DNA of 44,382 nucleotides from a virus (lineage: Duplodnaviria; Heunggongvirae; Uroviricota; Caudoviricetes). Of the stretch, positions 18,357 to 27,045 are shown piece after piece. The stretch lies in the IMG/VR virus record IMGVR_UViG_2740892015_000011, positions 1 to 44,382 of that record, one strand, 5' to 3'. A program made the position numbers and the translations under genes. Below the pieces are notes generated by a model, which saw nothing but the letters and a program-made list of their open reading frames with translations, ran no database searches and was not told where the DNA came from. Each line of letters begins with the position of its first letter. Position 1 is the first letter of the stretch.

Positions 18357-20486
18357 TTATTTCGGCAGGAGTTGCGATATTCGCTTACGTTTGACCGGCG
18401 CTGGTTCTTCAATAACCGCACCCGGCAGCTCGTAATTGATTTTTTCTTCCTGTCCAACTGGCGCTGGCAGGAACTTATCCGGATCGGCTTCGAGGTTGGC
18501 GGCCCGGACGTTGAGTTTTAACCCCATATGTTTGAGACCGCACAGCGCGGCATAGCTGTAAACGAGGCAGTCAAGCGCTTCGTTAGCTCGTCCTGGTATT
18601 GCTTCCCAGATACTGTACCGCTGCCCGGAAATGACTTTGTAAACCAGTCGCTCCGCCAGCAGCTGATTGAAGTACCCGAGATCGCGATCGTCAGGAAAAT
18701 GCATATAACCCGCAGCGGCGGCGCCAGGTTTGGGTGGCTCAAGATGCAGGCGACCGCGTATCACGTCTTTCGCTGAGTTAACCCCCAGAATGACAGGGCG
18801 GAAACTGGCTTTGCTTTTCGATGATGGTCGTTTGGTCGGCCAGACAGGATTGCGTTTGCCTCCCTGTGCAGACTCCCCCTTAATTGCCCAGACACGACGG
18901 CCAAGACGCTCTTTGGCGAATTCGTATACCTTCTGCGTATGGTGGCCGCCGGAGTCCATGCACGTTGCCATGATATTCAGGCCGCGCCCGTCACCACGTC
19001 GCCAGATCTGTTTCAGGTATGCATCCAGTCGCTTCCAGGGTTCTTCCGTCTCAAGGTCACCATAAATAACGTCATGCGCGACCGACCACGATTCTTCATC
19101 TCTCCCCCAGCCGGTGATCGTAATTTCGAAGCGATCGTCCTGGGTATCAACTCCAGCTGTTAACAATGCCACCCCGTCCGGAACGACGGCCGGAAATATT
19201 TCCCGGCGCGCCAGCAGAACATCAACAGGGAGCTGTTTCCCATGATTAGGTCGGTGCGGAAGCCCCATCTGGGTATTCCACCACGCCTGTTCCTTATCCG
19301 GATCGCCCTTCGCATCGATATATTTTTTCGCAATATCCGACGGCTTATCTTTTTGCCAGGGGCTGAAAAGCTTGGATGCCTGGTACCCCGCGTGGTGGTT
19401 ATCGACTGCCTCCTTTCCACAGGAGGGGCAGATTGCGCGATAGACCGCATGCCGTTCCGACTCTGACCATTGCCAGACCTTTTCAACGCTGCCCTCGTCT
19501 GCCGCCCGCCAGGCAAGGTCATAATCCATCAGCGGTGAGTGCCGCTCCCCGCAGCACTCAAATGGGCGCGTCTGATGCCATCGAATAGTGTGCAGAGCTC
19601 TGAGGCGCTGTCCTTCGGACCAGCCACTACCACAGCATTCGCAATAGAGCATCGCCGATTTAGTCAGGTGTTTATCTCCCTCTTTCGGCCACTGAACGTG
19701 TTTGAAAAAGTCGGGGAACTGGCGGTGGCCACAGTGCGGGCAAACCACAGATGCCCGGCGCTGATCGGAGTCGGCGTAGCTGTCAGCAATGCGGCTCTCA
19801 TCCTCCACCGTCGGCGAACAGGCGCGTACAGACAGCCAGGTCAGGCCAAATGTCGCTGTACGCTCTTCGGCCAGCGCAATTGGATCGCCTTCGCGGGTTA
19901 TCGGGTACTTGTCCACTTCATCCGCCAGCAGGACACGAATCGGACGACGCGCAAGGTTATCAGGGCTACCAGCACCCGCCAGCGCCAGAAATCCGCCAGT
20001 GAATGCCTTGTAAAGAATGGTTTCTTTCGAGCTTTTCTGTTTCGAATCACCGATGATTTTACGCAGTACCGGCGTCACCCTTACCAGCGGGCTAATACGC
20101 TCTTTCGAAAACTGTTCAGCGGCTTCTTCTTTCGGCTGCAGCAGCAGTATCGGACAAGGATCGAGGTGGGCAAAATAGCCAAAAAGGTTTTCCAGCAGTG
20201 CTGTCTTCATCAACTGGGTACAGCACATTACAGTGATGATATGAACCCCGGACTCCGTCGCGGCAAGCATCGGTCCGCGGGCAATTTCTACCGTCGATGT
20301 TTCCCAGTTTCCCGAAGTGCTCCCAGCCTCTTTTGCCAGCTTACGATAGTCATCTGCCCACTGCGGCACACTGATACGCGGCGGGGGTGTCCAGCCTTTG
20401 CGGACGCTTAATTCAAGACGCTCAATCTTCTGCCGGGTTAAACTCTGGCTCTCCGAGGACTGAGATGTGTTTGTGGACATGTTCAA
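18357..20486 (-). CDS. Terminase large subunit (lambda gpA-like)
   Basis: 709 aa downstream of the small subunit; true start may be a few codons inside the overlap with the small-subunit gene. Confidence 0.85.
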   Translation of the reverse strand: MNMSTNTSQSSESQSLTRQKIERLELSVRKGWTPPPRISVPQWADDYRKLAKEAGSTSGNWETSTVEIARGPMLAATESGVHIITVMCCTQLMKTALLENLFGYFAHLDPCPILLLQPKEEAAEQFSKERISPLVRVTPVLRKIIGDSKQKSSKETILYKAFTGGFLALAGAGSPDNLARRPIRVLLADEVDKYPITREGDPIALAEERTATFGLTWLSVRACSPTVEDESRIADSYADSDQRRASVVCPHCGHRQFPDFFKHVQWPKEGDKHLTKSAMLYCECCGSGWSEGQRLRALHTIRWHQTRPFECCGERHSPLMDYDLAWRAADEGSVEKVWQWSESERHAVYRAICPSCGKEAVDNHHAGYQASKLFSPWQKDKPSDIAKKYIDAKGDPDKEQAWWNTQMGLPHRPNHGKQLPVDVLLARREIFPAVVPDGVALLTAGVDTQDDRFEITITGWGRDEESWSVAHDVIYGDLETEEPWKRLDAYLKQIWRRGDGRGLNIMATCMDSGGHHTQKVYEFAKERLGRRVWAIKGESAQGGKRNPVWPTKRPSSKSKASFRPVILGVNSAKDVIRGRLHLEPPKPGAAAAGYMHFPDDRDLGYFNQLLAERLVYKVISGQRYSIWEAIPGRANEALDCLVYSYAALCGLKHMGLKLNVRAANLEADPDKFLPAPVGQEEKINYELPGAVIEEPAPVKRKRISQLLPK

Positions 20487-20991
20487 TCAGCACCTCTGTC
20501 ATCCTGTCCGCCGGTACATCCAGATCAGCAGCCATTAGCGGCGCCACCCTGGACGGCCAGTTAAGCCAGGCATCACGCTGTTGGCGAAAGGCGTTGAATA
20601 AAACCTCCTCGGCTGCTGTCAGCTCAATAAGCTGGCCGCTGTCTTTTTCATACTGCAGCTTTGCCTGCAGGGCCATGTAATTCTCGCGGATACGTCCCGC
20701 TTCCTCTCTCGAAAGATCTGCCCCTTCAGTGAGCATTATCTGGCGGACAGTTTTATTGATTTCATCACCGTCATCATCGTTATCGCTAACGACGGGAGTT
20801 TTCTTTTTCTTCGCGTTCGAGGCGCGCGGGTCTTTGCCATCGCGGTTTTTCTTCAATGCCGCATCGCTGGCCTCTACGTCAATCAGGTCTCCGTCCATCA
20901 CAATGAAGCGCCCGGCTTTAATCCACCGACCAATTGTTTTGCGATCCACACCTGAATGTTGTGCGTACTGACTCTGGTTCATCGTGGTCAT
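20422..20991 (-). CDS. Terminase small subunit (Nu1-like)
   Basis: 189 aa, N-terminal HTH-like region (YAQHSGVDRKTIGRWIKAG); immediately downstream of the GGGACAT repeat array. Confidence 0.6.
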   Translation of the reverse strand: MTTMNQSQYAQHSGVDRKTIGRWIKAGRFIVMDGDLIDVEASDAALKKNRDGKDPRASNAKKKKTPVVSDNDDDGDEINKTVRQIMLTEGADLSREEAGRIRENYMALQAKLQYEKDSGQLIELTAAEEVLFNAFRQQRDAWLNWPSRVAPLMAADLDVPADRMTEVLIEHVHKHISVLGEPEFNPAED

Positions 20992-21139
20992 GGGACATCA
21001 CCTGGGACATTTTCTGGGGTGGGACATTCGCCTGGGACATTTTTGCCATGTCCCACCAGAATGTCCCACTGGAATAAACTGGAATAGCCAGAGCTGGCGA
21101 GGTGTCCGTAATGATCGCCAGAGGTGGGACATGGGACAC
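20992..21139. repeat. cosB-like array of GGGACAT / ATGTCCC repeats (candidate terminase small-subunit binding sites)
   Basis: GGGACAT direct copies at about 20992, 21004, 21021, 21034, 21126 plus GGGACAC at 21133; inverted ATGTCCC at 21047 and 21061; begins at the terminase small-subunit start codon. Confidence 0.5.
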
Positions 21140-21281
21140 AAATCTGAAAGTTGTAGCTAGGAAAACACCGCGGCGCGCAATGCCCGTACCTTACAAAAGT
21201 CTCAGGAAGGACCCATTTTTTTAATGGCTTCGACCATTCGCTCCGACTATGATTATTCCTATTCAATACAAGGAGAATGTA

Positions 21282-21785
21282 ATGGGTAACAATATAATCA
21301 AAATAACTTTCGTAGCCGCAGTGCTGGCATCACCAATTGCTCATGCCCAGTGGGTAACTAATACTGAAGATGACCTTTTCTCTGGTGGTAAGAAAGCAAT
21401 GATGCTTGGCGAGGTTTCATCCGACAATGGCGCCATTGTGTTTGACTGCACTAAAGAAAAGCTATCGGCGGCATACGTTGAAATGGATAAAAGCACCGAA
21501 TCACTATCAGAGGTACCAATGGACCTGATAATGAAGGTCGACGGGAATACCGCAGTGAAGCTCGATGCTACCCTTTCAAGACGTAATGTTCAGAGCCTCC
21601 AGATTCAATCGGATGACGCGGACCAACTAAAAACAGTGCTTAAGCAGCTTCAGGGGGCGAAATCCAAAGTGTTAGTTGGTGTGCAAACAAAGGATGGCGG
21701 AAACCAGCATTCCATGTCAGCCAATGTTTCTGGATCGACAACTGCAGTAAACAGCTTCATAAAAGCTTGCGAAATTAACTTATAA
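21282..21785 (+). CDS. Secreted (signal-peptide) protein of unknown function; moron candidate
   Basis: AAGGAG RBS then MGNNIIKITFVAAVLASPIAHA-QW... (signal peptide with AHA cleavage motif); opposite strand to the late operon; AT-rich. Confidence 0.5.
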   Translation: MGNNIIKITFVAAVLASPIAHAQWVTNTEDDLFSGGKKAMMLGEVSSDNGAIVFDCTKEKLSAAYVEMDKSTESLSEVPMDLIMKVDGNTAVKLDATLSRRNVQSLQIQSDDADQLKTVLKQLQGAKSKVLVGVQTKDGGNQHSMSANVSGSTTAVNSFIKACEINL

Positions 21786-21795
21786 GTTACTGCTT

Positions 21796-22434
21796 TTATT
21801 TTGCCGTCCTGATGGCTTCTGCTATCGCCTGATTTAAAGCAGACGGTAGCAGTGCGTTCGCCATGGTACGGGCCCTATCCATATACCCCAGCACTGGAGT
21901 CACAGGTAGCGCATCACCAAACCGGATCAAAAGCTTTGGAGAACGCTGTTTGCGTTTCGGTCTTCGCGTCCCGTTAGCGGAACGTTTGGCCCGTCGCTTC
22001 TTAGCTTTCATCGGCTTCTTACGCTGCCAGACAGCGTTAACGCCATCAACCTCACCTACGAATACATTTTCCTTTGCTTTAAGCTGTGAGAGCTTATTAC
22101 GCGGCAGGTTGCCGTATTTATTAAGCTTTATGTCTTTCGGGTTAAGCAAAGCACTACCATTAAGCTTGTGCTCTCCGCCGAACTCGAAGGGTTCAAGGTA
22201 ACCAGCAGCAGTATCACGAACAAACACCTTCGCACGAAGGCTGTTTTTCCTGGCACCAACTGACCCAACCGATTTAACTGTAAAAGGTGTTGGATTATCC
22301 AGATGCCGCTCAAATGCTGTTCTTTGGGCTGACTCAATCTGGCGAACAACTTTAGTCATCGCCTGGGCAGTCGCAAACGGTATCTGCTTCTGCAACTGCC
22401 TTAACTGACTGGAAAGGTCTTTAAGCGTCGCCAT
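21796..22434 (-). CDS. Hypothetical basic phage protein
   Basis: ORF track 21796..22470; probable start MATLKDLSS...; Lys/Arg-rich tract KKPMKAKKRRAKRSANGTRRPKRKQRSPK. Confidence 0.35.
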   Translation of the reverse strand: MATLKDLSSQLRQLQKQIPFATAQAMTKVVRQIESAQRTAFERHLDNPTPFTVKSVGSVGARKNSLRAKVFVRDTAAGYLEPFEFGGEHKLNGSALLNPKDIKLNKYGNLPRNKLSQLKAKENVFVGEVDGVNAVWQRKKPMKAKKRRAKRSANGTRRPKRKQRSPKLLIRFGDALPVTPVLGYMDRARTMANALLPSALNQAIAEAIRTAK

Positions 22435-22515
22435 AACAGTCTCCGTAAGTATTGCCATTATCAAACCCACCTGTAGGTGGGCTTTGTAATGGCTATTTAT
22501 TCAGGAATGATCCGA

Positions 22516-22776
22516 TTAACCCACCACCGGCCCGGATGTACTCGTTGCTGTTGAGGCCGGTGCAGCTGCTGCATCTGTCTGGATTTGCTTAAGTCGGACC
22601 TGAACCAGCTCTTCCACTTTATCGGCTTCTGCTTTTGCTGCAGCAGCTGCCTCTTCCGCTTTCGCCAGGGCGTGGGCTTTGAACCAGTCACGGATTTTTA
22701 CCCAGCCGCCGGCGATGAGCAGAAACGCACTGGTCCCCGCAGAAAAATAGAGCAGAACACTATCAAAGAACGTCAT
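22516..22776 (-). CDS. Small membrane protein in the lysis cassette
   Basis: 86 aa, N-terminal hydrophobic segment then Ala-rich helix; ATGA overlap with the upstream gene. Confidence 0.3.
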   Translation of the reverse strand: MTFFDSVLLYFSAGTSAFLLIAGGWVKIRDWFKAHALAKAEEAAAAAKAEADKVEELVQVRLKQIQTDAAAAPASTATSTSGPVVG

Positions 22777-23321
22777 TTTGTTTTTCCTTGCCTGAGTTGT
22801 TCGGCCTGCCGTATGGCGGCCAGTTGATTGTTAGCTTTCTCGATTCCAGCCAACAGCGGTTCTATCCAGAGAACGGTCTGACAGTACGTCAGTTGGCCGG
22901 GGGAAGTGGCGCTATTACCGCCTTTGTCAGCTCCGGCGGTAGCGGTGTGCATTGCGCTGGCACGTAGACTGTTCGTGTAGTTGAGCAGCCCGTTAGCGAT
23001 ATGAGCAGGCACAGGGTAATCACATGTTTTTTCACGGCGGAGTATCTCGCGATATTCAATGACGGTGGTTTCCGCTTTGGCGTCTACCGCGGCGTTATCA
23101 TCCACGGTGCCGGTGGCCATCGCACTGAATGCCTGGCTTTCGGCTGCCTGCTGCTGAATGACTTTTGCCTGCATCAGGACATTCGCATCAGCAATATCAG
23201 CACGACTGCTGTTACTCGCGTAGCGGGATCCAAAAAATAATCCAAGCCCTGCCACCAGCAGGATCAGGAATATGATGATGGTGGCGCGCGTTTCGGCAGT
23301 CACTGGTCTATCCCCCAGCAC
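22773..23321 (-). CDS. Rz-like i-spanin candidate
   Basis: 182 aa, N-terminal transmembrane helix (IIIFLILLVAGLGLFF) then helical periplasmic region; directly after the endolysin; GTG start. Confidence 0.4.
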   Translation of the reverse strand: MLGDRPVTAETRATIIIFLILLVAGLGLFFGSRYASNSSRADIADANVLMQAKVIQQQAAESQAFSAMATGTVDDNAAVDAKAETTVIEYREILRREKTCDYPVPAHIANGLLNYTNSLRASAMHTATAGADKGGNSATSPGQLTYCQTVLWIEPLLAGIEKANNQLAAIRQAEQLRQGKTK

Positions 23322-23839
23322 GCCAGCGCGCTTTCCTGGTCACGCCGCTCTATCTGACCGTAGCAGCCATTCTTCTGGCCTTTGGTCAGACGGCAGTCAC
23401 GCCCACCGTCTTTAATCCACCAGCGGATGGCCTCACAAGCTCCTTTCCGGTCACCAGCATTGATGCGCTGGTAGAATGTCGATGGATAGCATTTCCCTGG
23501 GCCAATGTTGTACGGGCAGAAGGATGCAATGCCTACCTTTTGCGGCGCTGTCAGTGGGACCTTGATATTCCGATCTACCCAGGCAAGCGCTTTGTCACGC
23601 TCAATCGCGTTCACTTTCTTGCATTGCGCCTCGGTGGTGGTCATGTCTTTTACAACACGTTTGCCATCGATAACTGTAACGCCATGGCAAAGCGACCAGA
23701 CGCCACCTGGATCCATGACAGCCACAAGAGCGTTGCCCTCCTTCTCACTGATGAATTGATCGAACAGTACAGGAGCTGAAGCACCAGCGGCGATCAGGGA
23801 TAGCATGGCTGCGCTGAGTTTGGTTTTTGTAGATGCCAT
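23300..23839 (-). CDS. SAR endolysin (phage-21 R-type lysozyme)
   Basis: N-terminal signal-anchor LSAAMLSLIAAGASAPVL; ...GDRKGACEAIRWW... resembles P21 R (GDIKGACDQLRRW). Confidence 0.75.
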   Translation of the reverse strand: MASTKTKLSAAMLSLIAAGASAPVLFDQFISEKEGNALVAVMDPGGVWSLCHGVTVIDGKRVVKDMTTTEAQCKKVNAIERDKALAWVDRNIKVPLTAPQKVGIASFCPYNIGPGKCYPSTFYQRINAGDRKGACEAIRWWIKDGGRDCRLTKGQKNGCYGQIERRDQESALACWGIDQ

Positions 23840-24090
23840 TACTCACGCTCCGTAACGACAGCTTTACCGTGATTTGCAGCTTTCTCAATTGCGCGGGTCT
23901 GACGCCTCTGGAAATACAGGTTCGTAAAATACGTAGCAATGCCAATCACGATACCGCTGATGACGGCTACCTTGTTCCAGTCAAGCTTGTACAGCCAGTC
24001 ATATACACGAAACAGCCCGGTACAAATAAGACCGCCTGACGTGCAATACGAGGCTGCAGAAAAAATTTTCTCAGGCATGATTCTATGCAT
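23839..24090 (-). CDS. Class II holin / pinholin (phage-21 S-like) with dual-start motif
   Basis: ORF track 23839..24240; real start at internal MHRIMPEK (Met codons at 24090 and 24078); ...GIVIGIATYFTNLYFQRR resembles S21 ...GFLTYLTNLYFK; ATGA overlap with the endolysin. Confidence 0.65.
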   Translation of the reverse strand: MHRIMPEKIFSAASYCTSGGLICTGLFRVYDWLYKLDWNKVAVISGIVIGIATYFTNLYFQRRQTRAIEKAANHGKAVVTERE

Positions 24091-24154
24091 TCCACACCTC
24101 CGGTCTCGGGGTGTTATTGAGGTAATAAAAAAGGCCGCTATCGCGACCTCACGT

Positions 24155-25207
24155 TTATTCCCCTGCCAACGCCCGTATTTCCCCCAACGTCTGATTAAAC
24201 CTTTCCTCTTCGAGTTCAACGCCAATAGCCTGGCGGCCAAGTTCCAGCGCGACTTTCACGGTCGAACCGGACCCCATAAAGAAATCAGCCACCACATCAC
24301 CAGGCTTACTGCTGGCGTTGATGATCTGCCGCAACATGTCAGCGGGTTTTTCGCATGGGTGTTTACCTGGGTAAAACTGAACGGGTTTATGTGTCCAGAC
24401 GTCGGTATAAGGAACGGATACGGAAACAGAGAAATGCCGCCGAAGTGATTTGTACTCTTCGAGCAGCTCTGAATATTTGCGATTCAACGAATGCCACAGA
24501 GCCACCAGCTGGTGGTGTGGTGTTGCCAGTTCGCCGTTCTGGTGTTTTTCGATGGCTACCTGCGTGAAAAGGGACTGAAGATTCCGGTAGTCTGATTCAT
24601 TCGGTAATTGCCACTGGCTACCGCTGAACCAGTGAGACACCATGTTCTTCTTTCCAGTCGCATCGGCTATTTGTTTTGAGGTTATGCCAAGCGCTTCACG
24701 TGCATCCCGGAAATAAGAAATTAGGGGAGTCATTACATGCTGCTTCAGCTCGCTTCCCTTCTCAGCGTACCCGTCGCTCTTTGGTTTATACGGCCCCTGG
24801 TAATGCTCAGCGAACAGGATGCGCTCTGTTGCAGGGAAGTAAGAGCGCAGGCTCTCTTTATTACAGCCATTCCAGCGGCCCGACGGTTTAGCCCAGATGA
24901 TGTGGTTCAGGACGTTGAACCGCTCACGCATCATGATCTCAATGTCTGCCGCCAGACGGTGACCTGAGAAAAGATAAAGACTGCCGGCAGGTTTAAGCAC
25001 TCGCCAGAATTGTGCGAGGCACATATCAAGCCAGCGAAGATAATCCTCATCCCCTTTCCATTGATTGTCCCAGCCGTTGGGTTTCACTTTGAAGTAAGGC
25101 GGATCCGTGACTATCAGGTCAATGGAGTTATCAGGGAGAGTTGCGATGTATTGCAGGCTATCAGCGTTGACTAACTCAACACTGTTTATAATTACAGTAT
25201 TTTTCAT
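24155..25207 (-). CDS. DNA methyltransferase, amino-methyltransferase beta class (N6-adenine or N4-cytosine), orphan
   Basis: DPPY motif near the N-terminus (LIVTDPPYF) and motif I near the C-terminus (DFFMGSGST); no adjacent restriction gene. Confidence 0.75.
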   Translation of the reverse strand: MKNTVIINSVELVNADSLQYIATLPDNSIDLIVTDPPYFKVKPNGWDNQWKGDEDYLRWLDMCLAQFWRVLKPAGSLYLFSGHRLAADIEIMMRERFNVLNHIIWAKPSGRWNGCNKESLRSYFPATERILFAEHYQGPYKPKSDGYAEKGSELKQHVMTPLISYFRDAREALGITSKQIADATGKKNMVSHWFSGSQWQLPNESDYRNLQSLFTQVAIEKHQNGELATPHHQLVALWHSLNRKYSELLEEYKSLRRHFSVSVSVPYTDVWTHKPVQFYPGKHPCEKPADMLRQIINASSKPGDVVADFFMGSGSTVKVALELGRQAIGVELEEERFNQTLGEIRALAGE

Positions 25208-25373
25208 AGATCAGTAAGCGTAACTCTGATAGGCTCACTATGCTTTTGCGCTAAAGCGGTGGGCCTTGGTTAGCTTGTGACCTGAAAGCATGAGCTGATG
25301 GCTGGTGGGTGCTCCAACATCCACCAGCCGCCCATTTTCACAGCAAAATACCTCCGAAATGGAGGTGCGAAGG

Positions 25374-25400
25374 CATAAAAAAACCCCGCTTAAGCGAGGT
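25374..25400 (-). terminator. Rho-independent terminator downstream of the two-gene cassette
   Basis: Minus strand reads CCTCGC-TTAA-GCGGGG followed by TTTTTTT. Confidence 0.45.
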
Positions 25401-25416
25401 TATTTCGAATAGATAA

Positions 25417-25821
25417 TCAAGCAGCAGGTTCGGATGGATAAACCTGCTTATACATCTGCTGAAGGGTGTCAATAGCTTTGTTAGCCATTATCAATATAGC
25501 TTCCGCATCAGCCTTACTTAAAGTTCTATCAAGCTCGTAATCTGCCCATTTACGTCGGATATGCAAATGTCTCAGCATTGTTCCCATAGAAATGAGTTTC
25601 ATTTTTTCAAACGGCTCATTTCCTTTTAACCATGCATCATTTGTAAGATAGTCGCGAACAGCTTGGTGTGACGACTTGTTTGGGCATTTCTCAAGCTTAT
25701 CAAGCGTTTCATGATAAACTCCATAATACGCTCGACCAATGGCGTTTCTGTAACCGATTTCATCGTTGTGAGAAATGCATTTACCAGCAAAAACAATAAA
25801 ATCTTTCCCCGATACGCTCAT
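25417..25821 (-). CDS. Unknown protein B of AT-rich cargo cassette (134 aa)
   Basis: Start ATG overlaps the stop of gene A (TGATG); contains RAYYGVYH, which fits the Rx4-6H pattern of HEPN nucleases only at its upper limit (Rx6H) and at an unusual N-terminal position (not verified); AT-rich. Confidence 0.5.
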   Translation of the reverse strand: MSVSGKDFIVFAGKCISHNDEIGYRNAIGRAYYGVYHETLDKLEKCPNKSSHQAVRDYLTNDAWLKGNEPFEKMKLISMGTMLRHLHIRRKWADYELDRTLSKADAEAILIMANKAIDTLQQMYKQVYPSEPAA

Positions 25822-26576
25822 CAGTAAATCCCTCTTTTTTCATCGCTTTGGAACCAGGATGTAAAAGGGCTGTTCCGATAACTATCATCTGAGAGCAAAA
25901 CCAACAGTTCCATGTTCATTTCAGCTAAAACCTGCGGATCAGCAGTTTGGGCTCTAACGATGAATGCATTGTCATCATCTCCACCAAGATAATAGCTAAC
26001 ACTTGAACAGTTAATACCGCGCTTGTTCGCAATCTCTTCAGCTTGATCGCAAAGGGCTTCTAGTTCTCGAGAAGAAAGACGGGTAGCGTTTTTGAAATCA
26101 ACAATCTGTTCAGCCATATAATTTCCCTGATTGATTATATCCTCTCGCTCTTGGCCATCATAAAGAGCAGCCATTTTGAGGGAGAACTTTTTAACCAACT
26201 TGTCGTTGCCGATACAAAATGCAGCGTTTCTTGCTACAAGCCTCAGTTCATGTGAAGGGAAAAGCTCAACTATTCTAAACAACTCAACGCGATGCTCATA
26301 GTTATGAGCCGAACGAGAAAGATACGCCAAGTAGTTTTGTGCGATCGTTGGACTCCCAGAGCTCATCGCGTCTTTGAATAAACGTACTGCATCAGAGTGA
26401 CGCCCGAGAGTTCCATTAAGCCATGCATACGCATGTGCGCGCTCACTTATTGGAAGTTTAGCAATGTCGTGCTCAATTTCCGCAATAGTGTCTGTATCCG
26501 GGACTTCTCCCTTCTGGAAGTAATCGAGGATTGTTGCAAGCAGTTCTTGTTCTTTTGACTCAGGCTGTCCTGACAT
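25821..26576 (-). CDS. Unknown protein A of AT-rich cargo cassette (about 251 aa)
   Basis: ORF track start at 26597 is a TTG; first ATG (MSGQPESKEQ...) at 26576; no recognisable catalytic motif; translationally coupled to gene B. Confidence 0.5.
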   Translation of the reverse strand: MSGQPESKEQELLATILDYFQKGEVPDTDTIAEIEHDIAKLPISERAHAYAWLNGTLGRHSDAVRLFKDAMSSGSPTIAQNYLAYLSRSAHNYEHRVELFRIVELFPSHELRLVARNAAFCIGNDKLVKKFSLKMAALYDGQEREDIINQGNYMAEQIVDFKNATRLSSRELEALCDQAEEIANKRGINCSSVSYYLGGDDDNAFIVRAQTADPQVLAEMNMELLVLLSDDSYRNSPFTSWFQSDEKRGIY

Positions 26577-26919
26577 AATTTTCCCGAAGAAAACCAAATT
26601 CTGTATGTTTTCAATAGCTTCACTGGATAGGTTTTTATATTGCTGTCATCAGTATTGAAGCTTTTACGGGATTGTACAGGACCATCAGCGTTCTACTTGT
26701 GCATAAGAATTTAATAAACCTACAGACTTATCCACAGAAAAAAGAGTTATCAACAAAAAAAGTTATTCACAACTTAACTAATAGCAAAATATTGTTGATA
26801 AGCTGTGCGTAATTATCATATCCATCAAACTTACGCACATTAGAGCCTTGTGTTGCCTATCCATCGTTTTTTCCTATCAAAACGAAACAACATGCTTTTC
26901 TGCGATTAAAAAAGTATTC

Positions 26920-26953
26920 CGCAAAATTAAAAAACCCGCTCACTGGCGGGTTT
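26920..26953 (-). terminator. tR'-like rho-independent terminator downstream of the Q-like gene
   Basis: Minus strand reads CCCGCC-AGTGA-GCGGG followed by TTTTTTAATTTT, about 90 bp downstream of the Q-like stop. Confidence 0.5.
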
Positions 26954-27045
26954 ATATACTTTTGGCAACATATCAAATTAGCTTCAAATATCGCTTATTT
27001 TGTTGCATTTTGCAAGCCTGATTGAAGACGTTAGTGAAATTTACT

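Noticed and set aside
19539-20411. 290-aa plus-strand ORF antisense to the terminase large subunit
   Set aside because: Antisense shadow ORF within a confidently assigned gene.
20992-21139. Possibility that the GGGACAT repeats are a CRISPR array
   Set aside because: Repeats are only 7 bp, irregularly spaced and partly inverted, with no spacer structure or cas genes; they fit protein-binding sites.
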